NCBI GenBank assembly: GCA_963575745.1
Contig: CAUYUJ010000225.1
Coordinates: forward strand, 1,054,001-1,118,000
Length of the DNA stretch: 64,000 nucleotides
Reading direction: 5' to 3'
Source of the DNA: Prorocentrum cordatum
Taxonomy: Eukaryota
This document shows positions 54,801 to 64,000 of the stretch, piece after piece; within the stretch, counting starts at the first letter, position 1, and each line of letters opens with the position of its first letter. Position numbers and translations under genes: made by a program. The notes under the pieces are model-generated. The model was not told the DNA's origin and made no database searches. It saw only the letters and a list, made by a program, of their open reading frames with translations.

Positions 54801-57800
54801 CGTACAACTGGGATCGGGCCTTCCGAGCATCCCCAGTCGTCCTTCGTAGCTGCGGGGCGATGATAATAACCAAATCTCCTTCGTCGTAGTAGTGCTGACC
54901 GGTGATGGTTGTCTTAGTGCGCAATGCACGATTGGTCTTGGCTACTGCAGTAGCCTGTGTGATAGCTTCAATGCATACCTTGCGTATCACCTGTTCTCGC
55001 GAGTGATCCGACGTTTCGGTCGGCTGTTCGCGATCCAGAACAGGCAAGTCAGGGAGCATTGCCGGTTGCCGCCCAAACAAAGCATTTTATGGGGACACCT
55101 CATTGTCAAAGGTGAAAGCACTGGCGGCAAACAGGGCTTCGTGCAATAATCGTGTGAACACAAGAGGTATGTCCAACCTTTTGAGTTCAGCTTCCATAGC
55201 GTGAAGTAGGTGACGTAATATGCGATTTCTGGCTTCAATCGTCGTAGCGCGTTGTCCACGCGCGCGTGCCCTCAGCTCGGCGCCTTTTGCCTTAAGGGCT
55301 GCCTTCGCAGCGTTGTTACAAGGGCACCCTCCCCATCGGAGTAGAGTACCTTGGCAGGTCCGGCTTGCATCCAGCACTGATGATACGCATCTGGGATGCT
55401 GGTCATTGTCTTTTCTGGTATCTTCATTCCAATAGCATAGCGAATACAACGATCGATGATGTGACATATATGTTGTGTTCCTGTTTTTTAGAACATACGG
55501 TCGCATTCGACCTCTTCGTTGAACTTGCCAGGTAGTGCAGTGGATGGCATAACGGTATGCCCTGGCTTGCCCCAAGCCCTGCACTCCCGACATGCGTCGC
55601 AGACGCCGTTGATCAGGTTGAGCCTGACGTTGTCCAGTCCTGCCTTGGGCAAGATGACTCTCATCTTAGGATCTTTAGCATGGAACCATCGCAAGCGTAG
55701 TAGCTTCCGCAGCTCGCTTGTTACCGCGCTTGGGTCAAGGCTTCGCGAGATTGGTAGGCTGATTTGTACATCGAATCTTGACCAGTCTGGAATTCGTGGG
55801 CGCGCAGCAGGGTTACCCGCAAGTGGCGGTGGAGGCGGATATCCTCCCTGCTGTCGACCACGTCTGGCGTCTGGCTCTGACCTGTGGCAGTCGGCGGTGG
55901 TCATCCGAGCTGCCAGCTCCGCTCGAGGCAGGTTGCCCCGCAGCAGGTTCAGCAGCATGTCTGCCCACTGCGATGTCGTGGCTGCTGGCGCCAACTGTGG
56001 GGCCAGCCCTAGAGCCGGCCGGGTCTCGGTGCTCGTAGCCGCGCGCCTCGGGTGGTGGTGCTGCCGGTTCGACAGGAACTTGTGGTGCCTGTCCGTGGTT
56101 GTCGGGCAAGTTCCAAGGTTTGGGAAACTTGCACTTGCCAGGTGTCCGTAAGTGACCAGGCTTGTTCTGGCCATAGTTCTTCTTGCAATTCGAACATTCC
56201 CAATAGTAATCCCCCATGTCATACCACCTGCAATGTCTGGGGTTTCTGTCATGTGAGGGAGAGTGCATGTTCACATTATCTGCGCACGCAGGACATCCTA
56301 ATCCTCCCGAGGGCGGTCTCGTGATCGACCCGTCGGGTTGTCGAGGGTTAGTTGGATCGTCCAGATCAGATCCCCGCGCGTTGGTGACAAGGACGGTGGA
56401 ATAAAAAGGGTGACCATGAAAGGGGTCACGGCTCACTTGGAATAGCTCGTGCGCGATCTGAACTGCTTCGACAAAACGGGACTGCATCTTTGAAGTATAA
56501 TGTGCAGCCATAGACAGTTCATTATTACTTACCGAGGCATGTTGATGATGGCCAGCGCACCACTTTCGCTCAAAAGGTGTAAGTAAGAGACGATGGTTGG
56601 CCAGAATCTCAATCGTTTTCCGTATCAATACCCCATGGGAGTCACGCGGACCGGTAGTGCATTAATCCATGTTTACTTAGCAAGTGCCCTTGCATTTGGC
56701 CAATGTCGTCCATGGCGGTATTTGATCCACCCATGTGCCACTGGTTGCTCTCGTAAGTAGAACCGTCGAAGGTCGTTTTGACGCATGGCAACTTTCCCAC
56801 AACACTTGATACGCGGAAGGTCTTCTTTATGGTGTTCATGCCACGTGTCATACTTGACTTGGGAACTAAAACAGGAAGGTGACCCAGTCGTCCTGCAGAT
56901 AGGTTGCAATGTGACAACGTTGACAAAACAAACGTCTAAATAATGCATCACTGCATCCTGGACATCCTTGTTTCCAAGGTCAACGTAGGAACGTTTGTCT
57001 AAGTTTCCTCTGGAAGACAAGCATCGGCTGAATACTAACTGCGATATTCCCCCCACTCCCTCCACACAATTCCAACGCGTCAACCTTCTTGCGTCGTCCG
57101 TAGCATAACGGTGGGATTATGGGAAACACATCTGCATGCGCATCCGCAGGTTGCCCCGCAGGTAGCGCGATGAAGGTTTCTTCTTCGTCATCGCTCTCCG
57201 TGTCGGAGTCGGGGGGGGCGTCGGTGTAGTAGGCACTACACCCGAGACCCTTTAGATCGTCGCCACAGTCGTCGTTGCCTTCTTCGACTATTTTGGGTAT
57301 CTTGCGTGGCTTGATGCCCCCTTCCTCGTCGGCTTGCTGCTTTTCTGTGTGATCCGGGCATCCGTCGGCAGTGCTGTCTGTTGTTCGGCGTCGGATGAGT
57401 TCAGTGTCGGAAACCCTGGAATCGAGGGGGGCATGCGGCCACGCCCAATCGAAGGGGGGGAAGACGATCGTCATCGACGAACGCTGGTCCTCTTGTCCGA
57501 TGAGAACCGGTTCCGGAGGCTCCCAGAACAGTCGAATACGAATATTGGTCACACCATTCGGAAACGGTGCATTGTAATTGTACCCGATCGGCTGATCCTG
57601 GATCTTGATGTCTTGTTTAATAGTATTATCATCCAGGTTCACCGTTACCCGTCTCGCGACATGGTCCCATCCAGGGCACTTCCCAGGAGTCTGAACGTGA
57701 GTTCGAGCTCCTTTATCCACTCTTGTGTGGATGCTAAGATGTACAGCGCTCGTGTGGTTGTTCTTTGTCTTATGCAAATCGATTTGATCAATCAGTCTTG

Positions 57801-58252
57801 CGGTCATGATTGCCAATGTTTTGTTGCGCCACTCCGCCCCCTGAGCGCCCTGGCCATGCCAGTCCATTTGGTGCTCAGCAAGTTGTGCAGGTTTCCCTGC
57901 AGCTTGGCATGTGCATCTCCACAGATTAGTTGGGATGCGCGTATAGGTAGTTGCTACCTGCAGATACGCTCGGCTCGGCAACTTACTTGAACGGTCATAA
58001 GTCAGACCGAAGTGGCAGCATCGAATACGCATGACCTGCAAATCCAAATCTTCAATCGCATCTCGTATGTCCAGAAATAACCTGGTGGTCCCACAAGTAC
58101 TATAGACATACGTAGAGCCCGAGCTTTAATCAACAAAGTTTGGATGCGCTGGCAATGTGGCCCTGCCCGCTCCCCACGCAACCGAACGTACCTGTCAGCG
58201 GGCGTTGCCGCCCATAGAAATTCATAATCCCCCGAGAGCACAGCGCCCAAAT
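51619..58252 (-). mobile_element. Decayed, 5'-truncated copia element C related to element A
   Basis: Frameshifted fragments in the same order as A: DNMT-like 1 (about 57880-58250), DDCGDD linker, DNMT-like 2 (about 56450-57085), twin fingers (about 56130-56300), IN (about 54775-55760), post-IN domain, RT (about 52745-53786), RH with WCDTRDMTADGHTKG (about 52083-52730). Confidence 0.88.
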
Positions 58253-61200
58253 ACTGCGCCGATCCGGAAATTTTCCCCATTTCGCCACCGCGTTCGCCGC
58301 GGCCATCTGGGGTGGCGCGCGCAGGATAAGACTCGCGGGGCCCGAGGGCGGATGGGGGCGATGTCGCGAGGGCAGAGTCGGCGCGCCGATGGGCAGCCCA
58401 GCGCCCCGTTTGGCCGGAGGGGCCCAGTACACTGCAAGGGCAGAGCCTCGGGGTCGCGGGGTCGGGTTCCGCCTCGCAATCTAGAATCTGAAATCCCAAG
58501 CGGTGTGCTGACCCGAAAATGAACAAACGGCAAAACATATCGTTCTCGAAGTCTTCGGGCCCACTCCGAAGAAACCGAACGTGGGCAAACCGCCTAGAAC
58601 TTCTTATCAAAAACGGGTTCTCAGTGGTTTTGGGCCTCGCACGAATGAGCCGCCGATGGGCAAACCGCTCAAGATTTCCTGCGCAAGAAACGTTTTCCCG
58701 GGTGAGCCACTGTCAACGGGAGCGCGCCCCGCGCGAGATCGGGGTTCGCACGGGGGCGCGGCTGCTCTCGCCTGTCCAAGGGGCATGCATTGCCGCGCCC
58801 TTCCAGCATAGCATTTGCGCTGCCTTCGCGCGGCGCCGTGCCTCTCAAATCGGAATGAACTTTCGGAGCGCCGATGGGCTCGCGGGGCCCGAGGGCGGTC
58901 GGGGGCGATATCGCGAGGGCAGAGTCGGCGCGCCGATGGGCAGCCCAGCACCCCGTTTGGCCGGAGGGGCCTAGTACAATGCAAGGGCAGAGCCTAACCC
59001 CCGCCCAGGGTCGCGGGATTGGGGCCCCCTTCGCAATTTTCAATTTTCAATCCCAAGCGGTGTGCTGACCCGAAAAATGAACAAACGGCATAGGACCTCC
59101 TCGAAAAAAGCTGTCGGTTTCGGTCATGCGACGACCCGAAAAATTTACCGGCCGACCAGAAGTGGCCAGACCCCACTGGACTTGTGCAGCAAAAAATTCG
59201 GGTCCGGTTCGAACGACCCGAACATGCGCAAACCGCCTAAGACTCCCTGCAAAAACATCGTTCTCGAAGTCTTCGGGCCCACTCCGAAGAACCGAACATG
59301 GGCAAGCTGGCTAGAACTTCCCAGCGAAAACAATTTCTCGGTGGTTCTGGGCCTCGTCCGAAAGAGCCGCCGATGGGCAGACCGCTCAGGATTCCCGCGC
59401 AAGAAACGGTTTCCGGGGTGAGCCCTTGTCAACGGGAACGCGCCCCGCGCGGGATCGGGGTTCGCATGGGGGCGCGCCTGCTCTCGCCTGTCCAGGGGGC
59501 ATGCGTTGCCGCGCCCTTCCAGCATAGCGTTTCCGCTGCATTCGCGCGGCGCCGCGCCTCTCGAATCGGAATGAACTTTCGGGGCGCCGATGGGCTCGCG
59601 GGGCCCGAGGGCGGTCGGGGGCGATGTCGCGAGGGCAGAGTCGGCGCGCCGATGGGCAGCCCAGCACCCCGTTTGGCCGGAGGGGCCTAGTGCAATGCAA
59701 GGGCGATTACAGTCTAGGCTGGATTGTTGTTTTAGCAGTGGGGGCTTCGCTTGAAAATGCCACTGGGCATTCGGACGCAAGGACCCTTCAGGTCATGTGT
59801 TTTGCGGCGGCTTCATCCAGATCCTAACGGTACTGCTTGCAGTCGGCGCCCCAGCGCCTGCGCGATTACAGTCTAGGCTGGATTGTTGTTTTAGCAGGGA
59901 GGCTTCGCTTGAAAATGCCACTGGGCATTCGAACGCAAGGACCGCGCAGGTCATGTGTTTTGCGGCGGCTTCATCCAGATCCTAACGGTACTGCATGCAC
60001 TCGGCGTCCCAGCGCCTGCGCGATTACAGTGTAGGCTGGATTGTTGTTTTAGCAAAGGGGGGCTTCGTTTGAAAATACCACTGCGCCGATCCGGAATTTT
60101 TTCCCAATTTCGCCACCGTGCTCGCCGCTGCCATCTGGGGTGGCGCGCGCGGGATAAGACTCGCGGGGCCCGAGGGCGGACGGGGGCGACGTCGCGAGGG
60201 CAGAGTCGGCGCGCCGATGGGCAGCCCAGCACCCTGTTTGGCCGGAGGGGCCCAGTGCAATGCAAGGGCAGAGCCTAGCCCCCGCCCGGGGTCGCGGGAT
60301 CGGGCCCCCCTACGCAATTTTCAATTTTCAATCCCAAGCGGTGTGCGCCCGAAAAATAAACAACCAACATGAGACCTCCTCGAAAAGAAGCGTCGGTTTC
60401 GGTCATGCGACGACCTGATAAATTTACCGGCCGACCCGAAGTGGCCAGATCCCATAGGACTTCTGCAATAACAAATTCGGGTCCAGTTCGAACGACCCGA
60501 AAATGCGCAAACCGCCTAGGACTCCCTGCAAAAACATCGTTCTCGAGGTCTTCGGGCCCACTCCGAAGAACCGAACATGGGCAAACCGCCTAGAACTTCC
60601 GATCCAAAACGGTGTCTCGGTGGTTCTGGGCCTCGTCCGAAGGAGCCGCCGATGGGCAGTCCGCTCAGGATTCCCTGCACAAGAAACGTTTCCCGGGTGA
60701 GCCTTTGTCAACGGGAACGCGCCCCGCGCGGGATCGGGGTTCGCACGGGGGCGCGCCTGCTCTCGCCTGTCCAGGGGGCATGCATTGCCGCGCCCTTCCA
60801 GCATAGCATTTGCGCTGCATTCGCGCGGCGCCGCGCCTCTCAAATCGGAATGACCTTCCGGGGCGCCGATGGGCATTCGAACGCAAAGACCGTGCAGGTC
60901 ATGTTCTTTGCGGCGGTTTCATCAACATCAGAACGGCACTGTATGCACTCGGCGTCCCAGCGCCTGCGCGATTACAGTCTAGGCTGGATTGTTGTTTTAG
61001 CAGTGGGGGCTTCGCTTGAAAATGCCACTGGGCATTCGAACGCAAGGACCGTGCAGGGCATGTGTTTTGCGGCAGTTTCATCCAGATCCTAACGGTACTG
61101 CATGCACTCGGCGTCCCAGCGCCTGCGCGATTACAGCGTAGGCTGGATTGTTGTTTTAGCAGGGGGGGGCTTCGCTTGAAAATACCACTGCGCCGATCCG

Positions 61201-63247
61201 AAAGTTTCCCCCATTTCGCCACCGTGCTCGCCGCGGCCATCTGGGGTGGCGCGCGCAGGATAAGACTCGCGGGGCCCGAGGGCGCATGGGGTCGATGTCG
61301 CGAGGGCAGAGTCGGCGCGCCGATGGGCAGTCCAGCGCCCCGTTTGGCTGGAGGGGCCCAGTAGACTGCAAGGGCAGAGCCTAACCCCCGCCCGGGGTCG
61401 CGGGATCGGGTTCCCCTTCGCAATCTTAATTGTTCAATCCCAAGCGGTGTGCTGACCCGATCATGAACAAACGGCATAGGACTTCCTCGAAAAAAGCTGT
61501 CGGCTTCGGTCATGATATGACCCGAAAAATTTACCAGCCGACCTGGAAGTGGCCAAATCCCATAGGACTTGTGCAGCAAAAAAATCGGGCCCGGTTCGAA
61601 CGACCCGAAAATATGCAAACCGCCTTGGAAACCTTGCAAAAACATCGTTCTCGAGGTCTTCGGGCCCACTCCGAAGAAACCGAACATGGACAAACCACCT
61701 AGAACTTCCGATCAAAAACGATGTCTCGGTGGTTCCGAGCCTCGTCCGAAGGAGCCGCCGATGGGCAGACCGCTCAAGATTTCCTGCACATGAAACGGTT
61801 TCCCGGGTGAGCCCTTGTCAACGGGAACGCGCCCCGCGCGGGATCGGGGTTCGCGCGGGGGCGCGGCTGCTCTCGCCTGTCCAGGGGGCATGCGTTGCCG
61901 CGCCCTTCCAGCATAGCATTTGCACTGCATTCGCGCGGCGCCGCGCCTCTCAAATCGGAATGAACTTTCGGAGCGCCGATGGGCATTCGAACGCAAGGAC
62001 CGCGCAGGTCATGTGCTTTGCGGCGGTTTCATCAAGATCCTACCGGTACTGCGTGCACTCGGCGTCACAGCGCCTGCGCGATTACAGTCTAGGCTGGATT
62101 GTTGTTTTAGCAGTGGGGGCTTCGCTTGAAAATGCCACTGGGCATTCGAGCGCAAGGACCGTGCAGGTCACGTGTTTTGCGGCAGTTTCCTCCAGATCCT
62201 AACGGTACTGCATGCACTCGGCGTCCCAGCGCCTACGCGATTACAGTCTAGGCTGGATTGTCGTTTTAGCAGGGAGGGCTTCGCTCGAAAATGCCACTGG
62301 GCATTCGAACGCAAGGACCGTGCAGGTCATGTGTTCTGCGGCGGTTTCATCAAGATCCTAACGGCGCCGCATGCACTCGGCGCCCCAGCGCCTGCGCGAT
62401 TACAGTCTAGGCTGGATTGTTGTTTCACTAGGGGGGGCTTCGCTTGAAAAACCACTGCGCCGATCCGAAAGTTTCCCCAATTTCGCCACCGTGCTCGCCG
62501 CGGCCATCTGGGGCGGCGCGCGCAGGATTAGACTCGCGGGGCCCGAGGGCGGACGGGGGCGATGTCGCGAGGGCAGAGTCGGCGCGCCGACGGGCAGCCC
62601 AGCACCCCGCTTGGCCGGAGGGGCCCACTACAATGCAAAGGCAGAGCCTAACCCCCGCCCAGGGTCGCGGGATCGGGTTCCCCTTCGCACTTAAATTTCA
62701 AATCCCAAGCGGTGTGCTGACCCGAAAATGAACAAACGGCATCGGACTTCCTCGAAAAAAGCTGTCGGTCTCGGTCATGCGACGAACCGAAAAATTTACC
62801 GGCCGACCTGAAAGTGGCCAAATCCCGCAGGACTTATGCAAATAAAGAATCGGGCCCGGCTCGAACGACCCGAAACTGTGCGAACCGCCTAGGGCCCCTT
62901 GCGAAAAACATCGTTCTCGAGGTCTTCGGGTCCACTCCGAAGGAACCGAGCGTGGGCAAACCGCCTAGAACTTCCTGTCAAAAGCGGTTTCTCGGTGGTT
63001 CCGGGCCTCGTCCGAAGGAGCCGCCGATGGGCAGACCGCTCGGGATTTCCTGCGCATGAAACGGTTTCCCGGGTGAGCCTTTGTCAACGGGAACGCGCCC
63101 CGCGCGGGATCGGGGTTCGCACGGGGGCGCGGCTGCTCTCGCCTATCCAGGGGGCAGGCGTTGCCGCGCCCTTCCAGCATAGCGTTTGCGCTGCGTTCGC
63201 GCGGCGCCGCGCCTCTCGAATCGGAATGAACTTTCGGGGCGCCGATG
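58253..63247. repeat. Higher-order macrosatellite (1.1-1.3 kb units containing 2-3 copies of a 159-bp sub-repeat)
   Basis: CCCAAGCGGTGTG anchor at about 58495, 59052, 60333, 61439 and 62705. CGATTACAG-TAGGCTGGATTG at 59704, 59863, 60021; 60969, 61128; 62079, 62238, 62397. Confidence 0.9.
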
Positions 63248-63249
63248 TA

Positions 63250-63933
63250 TTATGTACCAGTAGAGGTCATAACCACTGTATGTGTGATACGGTGGCACAT
63301 GTAATCACGAGCTCGGAGTTCAGCGCAGGCTGTCCGTGTGTCCTCAATGGCAAATGCACGAGAATGAGAATGACGTGATGAGCTTTTATTTACTGCAGCG
63401 GCCACACAGCCGGGCCCACTGCTGTCTTTGGCAGCCGCACAGCCGGGCTTGCCAGCGCCCCTGGCGCGCGCAGCTGGCGCCTGGGAAAAATATGCAGGTA
63501 TCCCCGCGCTAGACGACAGAACCTCAGCATTCGGCCTGTCGGAGCAAGCGCGAGTGGCCGTGGCGCGGGCCTGCCCCCGCCACTCATTCTCAAGCGATGG
63601 GGGCGTCCAAATGCCCGTGCCATGCTGCGCTGCTGAGCCGCTGCTCGAAGTGAAAATATCAAACTTCTCAGCGGCATCATCCCCTCCTGCAAGTGTCCCT
63701 GCCTTCACGTCGGGCGGCGTCCACTTGCTGCTCTCCTCGTAGATGGCCTGATAGACCGTCGCCTGCAAGTTCCGCAAGGCGAAGTCCTGGTCGGCCGGCG
63801 TGGGAACATTCCCGCAGGACGTATTCCTGCGATGCCAGATCTTCACGGTGTTATTCACCAAAGACTGGATCGTGAAAGCAAACGTCTCCTCGTTAATGGA
63901 GAAGCAGATGCCCTTGGGATCCTGAGACATCAT
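63250..63933 (-). CDS. Unassigned ORF (227 aa), possibly a fragment
   Basis: Non-repetitive, protein-like N-terminal half; no motif recognised. Confidence 0.25.
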   Translation of the reverse strand: MMSQDPKGICFSINEETFAFTIQSLVNNTVKIWHRRNTSCGNVPTPADQDFALRNLQATVYQAIYEESSKWTPPDVKAGTLAGGDDAAEKFDIFTSSSGSAAQHGTGIWTPPSLENEWRGQARATATRACSDRPNAEVLSSSAGIPAYFSQAPAARARGAGKPGCAAAKDSSGPGCVAAAVNKSSSRHSHSRAFAIEDTRTACAELRARDYMCHRITHTVVMTSTGT

Positions 63934-64000
63934 ATATGCATGGGCCTCGTTAGTAGCGGGCGCCCCCGCGCTGTTCGAGGCAGGTTGCCCTGCGGTTGGC

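Noticed and set aside
58002..63378. Numerous recurring ORFs in the right-hand repeat region
   Set aside because: Apart from the element C fragment at 58002-58250, they are translations of the GC-rich macrosatellite with inconsistent frames between units.

Overview
A GC-rich, repeat-saturated eukaryotic window with no convincing host gene. It is probably dinoflagellate DNA; that is an inference from the methyltransferase-bearing copia elements and spliced-leader-like motifs. The main feature is a young, full-length 11.6-kb Ty1/copia-order LTR retrotransposon (element A, 975-12567, minus strand). It has identical 152-bp LTRs with non-canonical AG...CT ends, a 5-bp CACGC target-site duplication (TSD), a PBS and a PPT. 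Its coding region is unusually elaborate: Gag with a CCHC knuckle, a cold-shock domain missed by the ORF track, protease, two tandem C5 DNA-methyltransferase-like modules, twin CX2C-H-C fingers, integrase, an unknown conserved domain, RT, RNase H, a helical module and a terminal CCHC knuckle. It is nested in a decayed gag-like ORF of an older element. A decayed relative (element C, about 51.6-58.25 kb, minus) shares the accessory domains. A separate decayed copia (element B, 38097-46911, plus) contains a Helitron2-like insertion, which in turn holds a TA-flanked element carrying an 11-bp satellite. The rest is satellites (64, 41, 12, 162 and 159 bp units, plus a 1.1-1.3 kb higher-order repeat), MITEs, (CAA)n-associated repeats and microsatellites. 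All domain calls are by-eye motif recognition, not database hits.
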